NCBI GenBank assembly: GCA_024346625.1
Contig: AP024664.1
Location: 2,356,001-2,420,000 of the forward strand
Source of the DNA: Williopsis jadinii
Lineage: Eukaryota
Reading direction: 5' to 3'
DNA length: 64,000 bases
The translations under genes and the position numbers were made by a program. This document shows positions 12,443 through 31,900 of the stretch, piece after piece. How positions within the stretch are numbered: the stretch's first letter is position 1; every line of letters begins with the position of its first letter. The notes below the pieces were generated by a model. It did not search any database. It was not told where the DNA came from and was given only the letters and a program-made list of their open reading frames with translations.

Positions 12443-12618
12443 CTCTCTCAAGATCCTCTAGGGGACTTGGTATTGAGTGATACTCTGTGTTAACTTGAAC
12501 TACTCTAGGCAGAGCTCCCCCTAGAAATCCTCTGGGCCGAAATAATGTATTAGGTTCTACCAACTCGTTATTTTCCAGACAGACTTCCAGGCAGAGCTCG
12601 GCTGAACAACCTTTCTAA
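12443..12618 (+). other. ITS2 (176 nt)
   Basis: Lies between the 5.8S end and the 25S start GCTTGACCTCAAATCAGG. Confidence 0.95.
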
Positions 12619-15369
<2,751 letters not shown>

Positions 15370-16480
15370 TGTTTCGGCAACTCTATTTTTTGCTGGCGGG
15401 TGCCAGCTGGGGATAGAGTGTCACACAGTTGCCGTAGGCGACTGTGTATTTGTTTTGGTGACGGTAGGGTAATCTTTGGTGTGAGTGGTGTAGTTTTTGC
15501 TTTTTTGTCACGGGGTGTGTGGGTGTTGTGATGAAGATGGTCTCTGAGGTTTTATGACGGTAGGGTAACAGTTGGTGTGAGTGGTTGAATTTTTTTTAAT
15601 TTTTCACCAGAGCTCCCAGGAGGAATTTTTGTTTTTCGTGAGGGGAGGGGGTTTCCACCGGCTAGGCTGGGCTGGGCTTCCAGGCTGGGCTTAAAAAAGT
15701 TAGGCGGGTGGTCAGCCTAAAAAGCTAGGCGGGTGGGATAAGCCTAGAAAGCTAGGCGGGTGGTCAGCCTAAAAAGCTAGGCGGGTGGGATAAGCCTAGA
15801 AAGCTAGGCGGGTGGTCAGCCTAAAATGCTAGGCGGGTGGTCAGCCTAAAATGCTAGGCGGGATGGGCTTAAAATGTTAGGCGGGTCCACACTGGGGCAC
15901 CACAGACACCAAGTCCAAACACTTAGGAAAGACACCCAGACCAGACCAAGACCAACCTATGGCTACACCAACCGATTCCCACAACGACAACCACGGGAAA
16001 TGGGAATGTGGCCCCAAAGTGGGATTTTACCAAAACCGTTAGTATGGGGATCCCCCAGGCAGTGGGAATTTCCGGTTACGAGCGCTGGCGAGGATTTTCT
16101 AATTTTGCGAGAAGTGCGACCATCCCTCCGCGCCTGCGCCGCTGCGGGATGGTCATAATGATTTAAAAAAACTAGGGGTATCCGGTTCCGCCCCCGTATA
16201 TAGGTATATATATGTGTGTAGATGGGTGGGTGGTGGTGGTGGTTGACGGGGGGGGGGGGGGGTTTATATAGTTTTGGGTGGTGTTGGGTGGTCACGTGGG
16301 TCACGTGAGTGGTGTGCGGGTGGTGTGTGTGGTGTAAGGGTGTGCAGTCACCGGGCGGGTCACGTGGATGGTGTTAGGGCTGGTGTAGGCCACGGCCACC
16401 AGCCGGGTAGACTACCCCTTTTGGGACACCGGGTAGACTGCCCCTTTTGGGAAGCCGGTTACCCAACTTGGGTAAAAAAA

Positions 16481-16601
16481 AGATTGCAGCACCTGAGTTT
16501 CGCGTATGGTCACCCACTACACTACTCGATCAGGCTCTTAGCAGCTTAACTACAGTTGATCGGACGGGAAACGGTGCTTTCTGCTAGATATGGCCGCAAC
16601 C
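16481..16601 (-). rRNA. RDN5: 5S rRNA
   Basis: Matches 3831-3951. Confidence 0.99.
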
Positions 16602-16824
16602 GAAATGGAAGCGCGCGGGGGAGGTTACACTGCTTACACTGCTTACACCGCTTACTAAGCAGCTTACTAAGAACCGCTTACTAAGACACCGCTTACTAAG
16701 CACTGTGTAGATGTAGCAGGTGGGTGTAGGGGTAAGGTCCAGCGGGCCCAGGGCATCCAGGGGGCTGTCTATAGCGGGAGCTATAGGGCGCGTCGTACGT
16801 GGACGTGTAGCAGGTGTGTAGTGA

Positions 16825-19044
16825 GTGTCCATTGGGGGCCTGGGTGTCCAGCGGGCGGTCATTTGGTGATGATTCAGGAGTGAACCAGCGGTGAGTTGAT
16901 GTCCACGGGTGGCCAGCGGGCCTCCAGGGGACCTCCAGGGGGCCTCTAGGGGATGGATCGTGGTCTCTAAGGTGGGTCTAGCATGTTTACAGTACATAGA
17001 TGTGTGGAAGATGTCCATTGGGTGTCTGATTGTTTACTCGGGGTCCATTTGGTGTTGATTCAGGGGTGAGTTGATGTCCATGGATGTCCAGGGATGTCCA
17101 CGGGATGTCCAGCGGGCGTCTATAGGCCTCTAGGGGCGTCCGGTGGCTATATCGTGGTCTCCAGGGTCTGTCCAGGGTATTCCCAGCATGTAGTTGTGTA
17201 GAAGATGTCCATTGGGTGTCTGATTGTTTACTCCGTGTCCACTTGGTGATGATTCAGCGGCAGCGAGCGTTGAGGGGGCCTCTAGGGGCCTCCAACGGGA
17301 GCCTGGTGGATGGATCGTGGTCTCCAGTGTGTTCCCAGCTTGTAGATGTCCATTGCATGTCCAATAAGTGTTTGGTTGTTGACCCGCTGTCCATTTGGTG
17401 TTGATTCAGGGGCGAGATGATGTTCACGGGGCATCCACAGACCTCTAGCAAGAGCCTGGTGGATGTATCGTGGTCTCCAGCGTCTGTCCAGGGTATTCCC
17501 CGTGTGTAGATGTCCATTGAGTGTCCATTGGTGGCCTTGTTGTTTACACGGTGTCCACTTGATGATGATTCAGCGGCAAGCGAACGTTGATGGAGCGTCC
17601 AACAAGCCTCTAGGGACCTCCAGCGGGAGCCTAGTCGATGCCTAGACATCCTTAGGTGGTCTCCAGCATCTTCCCTGTTTGGAGTTGTCCATTGAATGTC
17701 CATTGGTGGCCTTGTTGTTGACACGGTGTCCACTTGGTGTTGATTCAGCGGCAAGCGAACGTCGACGAGGTGGCCACCAGGCATCCACAGACCTCTAGCA
17801 AGAGCCTGGTGGGTGGATTGTGGTCGCCAGGGTTGGTCTAGAGTATTTCCAGTGTGTTGATGTCCATTGAATGTCCAATAGATGGCTTGTTGTTTACCCG
17901 CCGCCCACTCGGTGATGTTTCAGCGGCGAGTTGATGTCCACAGTATGTCCACGGGGCAACCATAAGCCTCTAGCGACAGCCTGGTGGATGTATCACGGTC
18001 TCTAGCGTCTGTCCAGCGTATTCCCAGCAAGTAGATGTCCAATTGGTGTCCATTGGTGGCCTTGTTGTTGACACGGTGTCCACTTGATGATGATTCAGCG
18101 GCAAGCGAACGTTGATGGGGCCTTCACGCGGCAAACATAAGCCTCTAGCGAACGTCCAGTGGATGGACCGTGGTCTCCAGTGTCTGTTTGGCATGTTCCC
18201 AGTACGTTGATGTCCAATTGGTGTCCATTGGTGGCCTTGTTGTTTACACGGTGTCCACTTGGTGTTGATTCAGCGGCGAGAAAACGTCGACGAGGTGGCC
18301 ACCAGGCATCCACAGACCTCTAGCGATAGCCTGGTGGATGTATCGTGGTCTCCAGTGTCTGTTTGGCATGTGTCCAGTGTGTAGGTATCCGTTGAATGTC
18401 CATTGGTGGCCTGATTGTTTACCCGCTGTCCATTTGGTGTTGATTCAGCGGCGAGAAAACGTCGACGGCGTTGCCACCAGGCATCCGCAGGCCTCTATCA
18501 AGAGCCTGGTGGATGTATCGTGGCCTCTAGGGATGGTCTAGCGTATTCCCAGTGTGTAGATTTCCATTGAATGTCCATTGGTCGCCTCTTTGTTTACCCC
18601 CCGCCCGCTTGATGATGTTTCAGCGGCGTGTTGATGTCCACAGGATGTTCACGGGGCAAACATAAGCCTCTAGCGAGAGCCTGGGGGGTGGAGCGTGGTC
18701 TCCAGTGTCTGTTTGGCACGTGTCCAGCATGTAGATGTGTGGAAGATGTCCATTGGTGGCCTCGTTGTTTACACGGTGTCCACTTGATGTTGTTTCAGCG
18801 GCGAGAAAACGTCGACGGGGCCTCCACGCGGCAAACATAAGCCTCTAGCGATAGCCTGGTGGATGTATCGTGGCCTCTAGGTTCTGTCCAGCATGTTTCC
18901 AATACATAGATGTGTAGAAGATGTCCAACCAGCGCCCCTTTGTTTACCCTCTACCCCCTTGATGTTCATTCAGGGAAAAGTTTTTTTTTCGCAAATTCAG
19001 CGGCGAGAAAACGCCCACGCGGTGGCCACCGGTTCAGGCATTAG
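16825..19044. repeat. ~175-bp array, 4 copies fewer than the first unit
   Basis: Offset to the first unit changes from 12650 to 11950 across the array (700 bp). Confidence 0.93.
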
Positions 19045-19624
19045 CTCCGATCCAGGTAAAGTGGCCCCGCCAGCTTGGTGTCCAGCAGTAAATTGGCGCA
19101 ATTCGGGATCAACCACCCCCATGTGGGGCCCGGAGTTTGACACATCCTCTAATATCCGCAACACTTAAATGCTTCCAGAACTCCACACACACATCCTACC
19201 ACAACCAAAATCACTGTTCCACGCTCACAAAATTCACGCCTTTCCAATGAGACCAAAATACCCTGGTATTTCCACCATTTGGGTTTTTCATTCCATTATT
19301 TTACTGTTAACATCTACCCAAATTTTATAATCCGAAAAAGACTCACCTATTCTCGGAGATATCCTAAATTAATATATACTATATAATCCCATAACTCGGG
19401 AACTAGCAGAGCTTTCGAGCTATAAACACCACTACTGGATAGCTACGCTCCAGAACTTACCACTGGGTTTAAGTTGTTTCCCGGTTTATGGGTGCCCATC
19501 TCCCTGGAAAGCAAAACATGGTTTTTAGAGGGCAACCTGCATTTTCTCGGCGAACCCCGGTTTGTTCCAACTTTATCAAAAGTGGGTCTTTCATGGCCAA
19601 ACTTGGGTCATATATTCACCTTCA

Positions 19625-20416
19625 GGAGTAGTACCTATGGTCCAACAGCCATGGATGGGTGCACTTTGCCCATTGTTCAGGAGGTATAAGTACAAAATTA
19701 CATGCATAAATGTTGATTTTTGGGTGCCGCCGAGCAACCGGAATTAACCAGAGATGATGCAAGATGATAGTACTGTGTCAGTTACACCACCTTGGCTTAT
19801 TAGATCGGTCAAATTCATCGCGCGTGGTGGTGCAATTTGCGTTTAAAGGGTGTATAAAATGGCTTTTTGGTGTAAGGATGTTTGGGTGTTTGGATGAAAT
19901 GTTTGGATGTTTTGGCAGGGTGGTGGGGGCAGGTGGGGGGCATATAATTGGATATTTTGGGATGGGGGCGATATGTTTGGGGAGTTTTTGGTATGGAGTG
20001 AGGTCTGGAGGCCAAAACCATTGGGTCATATTGTGGTGGTTATGGAGTAGTACCTATGGTCCAACAGCCATGGATGGGTGCACTTTGCCCATTGTTCAGG
20101 AGGTATAAGTACAAAATTACATGCATAAATGTTGATTTTTGGGTGCCGCCGAGCAACCGGAATTAACCAGAGATGATGCAAGATGATAGTACTGTGTCAG
20201 TTACACCACCTTGGCTTATTAGATCGGTCAAATTCATCGCGCGTGGTGGTGCAATTTGCGTTTAAAGGGTGTATAAAATGGCTTTTTGGTGTAAGGATGT
20301 TTGGGTGTTTGGATGAAATGTTTGGATGTTTTGGCAGGGTGGTGGGGGCAGGTGGGGGGCATATAATTGGATATTTTGGGATGGGGGCGATATGTTTGGG
20401 GAGTTTTTGGTATGGA
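19625..20416. repeat. 419-bp-period duplication in IGS2 (373-bp copies at 19625-19997 and 20044-20416)
   Basis: GGAGTAGTACCTATGG...TTTTTGGTATGGA occurs twice, in this unit only. Confidence 0.9.
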
Positions 20417-20797
20417 TCGGGAGGTTGGAGCGTGGTTTGAACCATTGGGCTTGTTGTGGTGTTTATGGCGTTTGTGCTGGGAGTGCGCTGGCTGTTACAA
20501 GTGTTGGGGTGGTCGGATCTGGCTTTCCGGGGTGTTGCCCGTTCCCGAAAAACAAAGTGGGGGCTTAACTATGGGCGCTTAACTATGGGCGCTTAACTAT
20601 GGGAGATTCACTATGAGACTTAACTATGGGATCTCTACTATGGGAGCTTCACTATAGGTGGTTAACTATGGGAGTTCCACTATAGGTGGTTAACTACGGG
20701 GATGGTAGGTGGTGTTGCCCGTTCCCGAAAAACAAACTGGGAGTTAACTATGGGCGTTAACTATGGGGTTCCACTATGAAGGTCTTTAATTTTTCCT

Positions 20798-21331
20798 GAA
20801 GTTATTCGCATCCATGAAAATCTATACTTTCAAGGGGTATTTAATTTTTGTTGATGTAGTGCGCGGCCCAAAAAATCTATAGAGGTTAAACTTTGGTGAA
20901 GTTATTCGCATCCATGAAAATCTATACTTCCAAGGGGTATTTAATTTTTGTTGATGTAGTGCGCGGCCCAAAAAATCTATAGAGGTTAAATTTTGGTGAA
21001 GTTACTCGCTTCCATGAAAATCTATACTTCCAAGGGGTATTTAATTTTTGTTGATGTAGTGCGCGGCCCAAAAAATCCATAGAGGTTAAATTTTGGTGAA
21101 GTTACTCGCTTCCATAAAAATCTATACTTCCAAGGGGTATTTAATTTTTGTTGATGTAGTGCGCGGCCCAAAAAAAATCTATAGAGGTTAAATTTTGGTG
21201 AAGTTACTCGCTTCCATAAAAATCTATACTTCCAAGGGGTATTTAATTTTTGTTGATGTAGTGCGCGGCCCAAAAAAAATCTATAGAGGTTAAATTTTGG
21301 TGATGTTATTCGCATCCATAAAAATCTATAG
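20798..21331. repeat. ~100-bp array (5 full copies plus a partial)
   Basis: Same as 8444-8977. Confidence 0.95.
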
Positions 21332-22707
21332 GGATTCCATATGGGAGTTCCATGGGGGTTCCATGGAAATCTTCAATTTTAGTGATGTGGCGCGCGATCT
21401 TGAAAATCTAACTACAAGACTTGGTCTATATGGACTGTCTACAATAGATGTTTCCAGTAGATGCCCACCTTTTTGGTTGGGTTGCGCCCTGTTGAAAAAT
21501 TCATTTGTAGGTGTTGATGTATAAAGTGTAAGAAGAACAAACCTCTCTAACAATCGACGAGAGGGTGGACTGAAAACCAAATCCATCGACGGTTGCCCTA
21601 AAATGAAAAATTTTTCACTGTTGCTCACACCGGAAAATTTTTTCCATGTTTGCGTCGCTTTTTTGTTGTGCTGCACGGACCGGAAAAATTTTTCATCTTT
21701 GCGTCCCTTTTTTGTTGTGCTGCACGGACCGAAAAATCTCACTTCCGGAACACTCTGAAACCGAATCTCAATTTCGGGACGGCCAACAACAAAATATGTG
21801 GCCTGTCCCAAAAACGCGTGGCCGAAATCTTGAAAATCCAAAATGTATGAGGCGAACCCAAAACATTGACGCAGGGTATATGCAGGCGGTAGACGGCGTT
21901 GGTATAGCTCTGAGACTACAGACGATTGAAGAATTCAAAATCCAGAAAACACAAGTCCACACCTGATCAGTCTTCCAAAGATGAAAGAGGCTCGGAGGTA
22001 CTACATGTGGGAGCGTTTGGACGATTTGAAAAAGTCGTCTGGAGTGGCCCACAGGCCTTGTTGGACGGTGGTGAAGGTGCTAGTGTGGTCGCCAGACTGT
22101 GCTTGCCTTGTACACCGTGTCGACATGGGCGGGGATGGGTTCGTTGGGCATTCGGTAAGTGAAGGGAGACTCTCCTTCCATCAACAACACCTTCTTTGCC
22201 CGTTCTGGGTTTAGGGAGAGACCATAGGGGGGGATCCTTTTTCTTTTGATGTTTTTCGGCCTACGCCTGAGCAGTCCCGTCTGGGAGTTCTTCCACGGGC
22301 GGGCACTGAGGGATTTAGTGGACTACTAGCCTATGGCAAGTGTTGTAACTAGAATCCTGGGGGCATACCTGCCTGGATAACCGTAGCGATACGTGAGTCC
22401 AGGCGGCGTGACCTCCTCTCAAGCCAGTGATGCTAAACCCGGGACGCATGAAACACGGCACTGGAGTTTAGCGGAGCCTGTGCTAGAGGAAATTTAAAGA
22501 GGGCTATATGGATGTGTTCTGTTCCCTGCCTGGGTTCTCCAGGCTGGGGGCAAGCACCAGTAGTTCTAACGAACTACTGCTTTACCACATAATATCTTCA
22601 GGGAGAACTTCTCCCGCTGGAAACGGGGGCGGACCCGGCTCTAGGCAGCGTAGGCACACCGGCCTAGTCAGCTCCGCCTAGACGACACCCCCTAACCAAA
22701 GGATAGT

Positions 22708-23802
22708 TATCTGGTTGATCCTGCCAGTAGTCATATGCTTGTCTCAAAGATTAAGCCATGCATGTCTAAGTATAAGCAATTTATACAGTGAAACTGCGAA
22801 TGGCTCATTAAATCAGTTATAGTTTATTTGATAGTACCTTACTACTTGGATAACCGTGGTAATTCTAGAGCTAATACATGCTAAAAACCCCGACTGCTTG
22901 GGAGGGGTGTATTTATTAGATAAAAAATCAATGCCCTCGGGCTCTTTGATGATTCATAATAACTTGTCGAATCGCATGGCTTTACGCCGGCGATGGTTCA
23001 TTCAAATTTCTGCCCTATCAACTGTCGATGGTAGGATAGTGGCCTACCATGGTGGCAACGGGTAACGGGGAATAAGGGTTCGATTCCGGAGAGGGAGCCT
23101 GAGAAACGGCTACCACATCCAAGGAAGGCAGCAGGCGCGCAAATTACCCAATCCTAATTCAGGGAGGTAGTGACAATAAATAACGATACAGGGCCCTTCT
23201 GGGTCTTGTAATTGGAATGAGTACAATGTAAATACCTTAACGAGGAACAATTGGAGGGCAAGTCTGGTGCCAGCAGCCGCGGTAATTCCAGCTCCAATAG
23301 CGTATATTAAAGTTGTTGCAGTTAAAAAGCTCGTAGTTGAACTTTGGGCCTGGCAGGCCGGTCCGCTTTTTGGCGAGTACTGACCCTGCCGGGCCTTTCC
23401 TTCTGGCTACCCTCCCCTCTGGAGAGGCGAACCAGGACTTTTACTTTGAAAAAATTAGAGTGTTCAAAGCAGGCCTTTGCTCGAATATATTAGCATGGAA
23501 TAATAGAATAGGACGTTTGGTTCTATTTTGTTGGTTTCTAGGACCATCGTAATGATTAATAGGGACGGTCGGGGGCATCAGTATTCAGTTGTCAGAGGTG
23601 AAATTCTTGGATTTACTGAAGACTAACTACTGCGAAAGCATTTGCCAAGGACGTTTTCATTAATCAAGAACGAAAGTTAGGGGATCGAAGATGATCAGAT
23701 ACCGTCGTAGTCTTAACCATAAACTATGCCGACTAGGGATCGGGTGTTGTTTTTATAATGACTCACTCGGCACCTTACGAGAAATCAAAGTCTTTGGGTT
23801 CT

Positions 23803-23870
<68 letters not shown>

Positions 23871-24309
23871 GCGGCTTAATTTGACTCAACACGGGGAAAC
23901 TCACCAGGTCCAGACACAATAAGGATTGACAGATTGAGAGCTCTTTCTTGATTTTGTGGGTGGTGGTGCATGGCCGTTCTTAGTTGGTGGAGTGATTTGT
24001 CTGCTTAATTGCGATAACGAACGAGACCTTAACCTACTAAATAGCGCGACTAGCTTTTGCTGGTGCTGACGCTTCTTAGAGGGACTATCGATTTCAAGTC
24101 GATGGAAGTTTGAGGCAATAACAGGTCTGTGATGCCCTTAGACGTTCTGGGCCGCACGCGCGCTACACTGACGGAGCCAGCGAGTCTAGCCTTGGCCGAG
24201 AGGTCATGGGTAATCTTGTGAAACTCCGTCGTGCTGGGGATAGAGCATTGCAATTATTGCTCTTCAACGAGGAATTCCTAGTAAGCGCAAGTCATCAGCT
24301 TGCGTTGAT

Positions 24310-24355
<46 letters not shown>

Positions 24356-24439
24356 AATGGCTTAGTGAGGCTTCAGGATTGGCTTATGGCGGGAGGCGAC
24401 TCCTGCCTGGAGCCGAGAATCTAGTCAAACTTGGTCATT

Positions 24440-24497
<58 letters not shown>
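22708..24497 (+). rRNA. RDN18: 18S rRNA
   Basis: Same termini as 10354-12144; one G fewer in the G-run near 23805. Confidence 0.99.
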
Positions 24498-24638
24498 GAG
24501 AACCTGGGCCTGCGCTTCTAGCGCGGCTCCAACCAATACACAGTGTATTTTGCTTCTTTTGCTTTGGCTCTGCCAAAGGTTTTTAAACACAGAAATTTAT
24601 TTTCTCTAGAAACTAGTCAATTTGAATTTTAATCTTCA

Positions 24639-24796
24639 AAACTTTCAACAACGGATCTCTTGGTTCTCGCAACGATGAAGAACGCAGCGAAATGCGATAC
24701 GTAATGTGAATTGCAGGTTTTCGTGAATCATCGAATCTTTGAACGCATATTGCGCTCTCTGGCATTCCAGAGAGCATGCCTGTTTGAGCGTCATTT
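24639..24796 (+). rRNA. RDN58: 5.8S rRNA
   Basis: Matches 12285-12442. Confidence 0.99.
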
Positions 24797-24972
24797 CTCT
24801 CTCAAGATCCTCTAGGGGACTTGGTATTGAGTGATACTCTGTGTTAACTTGAAATACTCTAGGCAGAGCTCCCCCTAGAAATCCTCTGGGCCGAAATAAT
24901 GTATTAGGTTCTACCAACTCGTTATTTTCCAGACAGACTTCCAGGCAGAGCTCGGCTGAACAACCTTTCTAA

Positions 24973-28358
<3,386 letters not shown>

Positions 28359-29494
28359 TGTTTCGGCAACTCTATTTTTTGCTGGCGGGTGCCAGCTGGG
28401 GATAGAGTGTCACACAGTTGCCGTAGGCGACTGTGTATTTGTTTTGGTGACGGTAGGGTAATCTTTGGTGTGAGTTGTGTAGTTTTTGCTTTTTTGTCAC
28501 GGGGTGTGTGGGTGTTGTGATGAAGATGGTCTCTGAGGTTTTATGACGGTAGGGTAACAGTTGGTGTGAGTGGTTGAATTTTTTTTAATTTTTCACCAGA
28601 GCTCCCAGGAGGAATTTTTGTTTTTCGTGAGGGGAGGGGGTTTCCACCGGCTAGGCTGGGCTGGGCTTCCAGGCTGGGCTTAAAAAAGTTAGGCGGGTGG
28701 TCAGCCTAAAAAGCTAGGCGGGTGGGATAAGCATAGAAAGCTAGGCGGGTGGTCAGCCTAAAAAGCTAGGCGGGTGGGATAAGCCTAGAAAGCTAGGCGG
28801 GTGGTCAGCCTAAAATGCTAGGCGGGTGGTCAGCCTAAAATGCTAGGCGGGTGGTCAGCCTAAAATGCTAGGCGGGATGGGCTTAAAATGTTAGGCGGGT
28901 CCACACTGGGGCACCACAGACACCAAGTCCAAACACTTAGGAAAGACACCCAGACCAGACCAAGACCAACCTATGGCTACACCAACAGATTCCCACAACG
29001 ACAACCACGGGAAATGGGAATGTGGCCCCAAAGTGGGATTTTACCAAAACCGTTAGTATGGGGATCCCCCAGGCAGTGGGAATTTCCGGTTACGAGCGCT
29101 GGCGAGGATTTTCTAATTTTGCGAGAAGTGCGACCATCCCTCCGCGCCTGCGCCGCTGCGGGCTGGTCATAATGATTTAAAAAAACTAGGGGTATCCGGT
29201 TCCGCCCCCGTATATAGGTATATATATGTGTGTAGATGGGTGGGTGGTGGTGGTGGTTGACGGGGGGGGAGGGGGGTTTATATAGTTTTGGGTGGTGTTG
29301 GGTGGTCACGTGGGTCACGTGAGTGGTGTGCGGGTGGTGTGTGTGGTGTAAGGGTGTGCAGTCACCGGGCGGGTCACGTGGATGGTGTTAGGGCTGGTGT
29401 AGGCCACGGCCACCAGCCGGGTAGACTACCCCTTTTGGGACACCGGGTAGACTGCCCCTTTTGGGAAGCCGGTTACCCAACTTGGGTAAAAAAA

Positions 29495-29615
29495 AGATTG
29501 CAGCACCTGAGTTTCGCGTATGGTCACCCACTACACTACTCGATCAGGCTCTTAGCAGCTTAACTACAGTTGATCGGACGGGAAACGGTGCTTTCTGCTA
29601 GATATGGCCGCAACC
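29495..29615 (-). rRNA. RDN5: 5S rRNA
   Basis: Matches 3831-3951. Confidence 0.99.
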
Positions 29616-29838
29616 GAAATGGAAGCGCGCGGGGGAGGTTACACTGCTTACACTGCTTACACCGCTTACTAAGCAGCTTACTAAGAACCGCTTACTAAGA
29701 CACCGCTTACTAAGCACTGTGTAGATGTAGCAGGTGGGTGTAGGGGTAAGGTCCAGCGGGCCCAGGGCATCCAGGGGGCTGTCTATAGCGGGAGCTATAG
29801 GGCGCGTCGTACGTGGACGTGTAGCAGGTGTGTAGTGA

Positions 29839-31900
29839 GTGTCCATTGGGGGCCTGGGTGTCCAGCGGGCGGTCATTTGGTGATGATTCAGGAGTGAACC
29901 AGCGGTGAGTTGATGTCCACGGGTGGCCAGCGGGCCTCCAGGGGACCTCCAGGGGGCCTCTAGGGGATGGATCGTGGTCTCTAAGGTGGGTCTAGCATGT
30001 TTACAGTACATAGATGTGTGGAAGATGTCCATTGGGTGTCTGATTGTTTACTCGGGGTCCATTTGGTGTTGATTCAGGGGTGAGTTGATGTCCATGGATG
30101 TCCAGGGATGTCCACGGGATGTCCAGCGGGCGTCCATAGGCCTCTAGGGGCGTCCGGTGGCTATATCGTGGTCTCCAGGGTCTGTCCAGGGTATTCCCAG
30201 CATGTAGTTGTGTAGAAGATGTCCATTGGGTGTCTGATTGTTTACTCCGTGTCCACTTGGTGATGATTCAGCGGCAGCGAGCGTTGAGGGGGCCTCTAGG
30301 GGCCTCCAACGGGAGCCTGGTGGATGGATCGTGGTCTCCAGTGTGTTCCCAGCTTGTAGATGTCCATTGCATGTCCAATAAGTGTTTGGTTGTTGACCCG
30401 CTGTCCATTTGGTGTTGATTCAGGGGCGAGATGATGTTCACGGGGCATCCACAGACCTCTAGCAAGAGCCTGGTGGATGTATCGTGGTCTCCAGCGTCTG
30501 TCCAGGGTATTCCCAGTGTGTAGATGTCCATTGAGTGTCCATTGGTGGCCTTGTTGTTTACACGGTGTCCACTTGATGATGATTCAGCGGCAAGCGAACG
30601 TTGATGGAGCGTCCAACAAGCCTCTAGGGACCTCCAGCGGGAGCCTAGTCGATGCCTAGACATCCTTAGGTGGTCTCCAGCATCTTCCCTGTTTGTAGTT
30701 GTCCATTGAATGTCCATTGGTGGCCTTGTTGTTGACACGGTGTCCACTTGGTGTTGATTCAGCGGCAAGCGAACGTCGACGAGGTGGCCACCAGGCATCC
30801 ACAGACCTCTAGCAAGAGCCTGGTGGGTGGATTGTGGTCGCCAGGGTTGGTCTAGAGTATTTCCAGTGTGTTGATGTCCATTGAATGTCCAATAGATGGC
30901 TTGTTGTTTACCCGCCGCCCACTCGGTGATGTTTCAGCGGCGAGTTGATGTCCACAGTATGTCCACGGGGCAACCATAAGCCTCTAGCGACAGCCTGGTG
31001 GATGTATCACGGTCTCTAGCGTCTGTCCAGCGTATTCCCAGCAAGTAGATGTCCAATTGGTGTCCATTGGTGGCCTTGTTGTTGACACGGTGTCCACTTG
31101 ATGATGATTCAGCGGCAAGCGAACGTTGATGGGGCCTTCACGCGGCAAACATAAGCCTCTAGCGAACGTCCAGTGGATGGACCGTGGTCTCCAGTGTCTG
31201 TTTGGCATGTTCCCAGTACGTTGATGTCCAATTGGTGTCCATTGGTGGCCTTGTTGTTTACCCGGTGTCCACTTGGTGTTGATTCAGCGGCGAGAAAACG
31301 TCGACGAGGTGGCCACCAGGCATCCCAGACCTCTAGCGATAGCCTGGTGGATGTATCGTGGTCTCCAGTGTCTGTTTGGCATGTGTCCAGTGTGTAGGTA
31401 TCCATTGAATGTCCATTGGTGGCCTTGTTGTTTACCCGCCGCCCATTGGTGATGATTCAGCGGCGAGTTGATGTCCACAGTATGTCCACGGGGCAACCAT
31501 AAGCCTCTAGCGACAGCCTGGTGGATGTATCGTGGTCTCTAGCGTCTGTCCAGGGTATTCCCAGCAAGTAGTTGTCCAATTGGTGTCCATTGGTGGCCTT
31601 GTTGTTGACACGGTGTCCACTTGATGATGTTTCAGCGGCAAGCGAACGTTGATGGGGCCTTCACGCGGCAAACATAAGCCTCTAGCGACAGCCTGGTGGA
31701 TGTCTATCGTGGCCCTCAGGTTCTGTCCCAGCATGTGTCCATCGCACATGATGTATCAGGTAGCATGTTCTAATTGGTGTCCATTGGGCATCCTTTGTTT
31801 ACCCTCTACCCCCTTGATGTTCATTCAGGGAAAAGTTTTTTTTTTCGCAAATTCACCGGCGAGAAAACGCCCACGCGGTGGCCACCGGTTCAGGCATTAG
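29839..31900. repeat. ~175-bp array, ~5 copies fewer than the first unit
   Basis: Offset changes by 859 bp; the last copy (31700-31790) is garbled. Confidence 0.92.

Noticed and set aside
23800..23812. Single-base length differences in homopolymers (18S ~23805, 25S ~39403, IGS T-runs)
   Set aside because: Typical long-read homopolymer errors.
31700..31795. Apparently novel sequence at the end of the third 175-bp array
   Set aside because: It is a garbled version of the terminal monomer seen cleanly at ~44110-44190, with scattered small insertions; most likely a consensus error.
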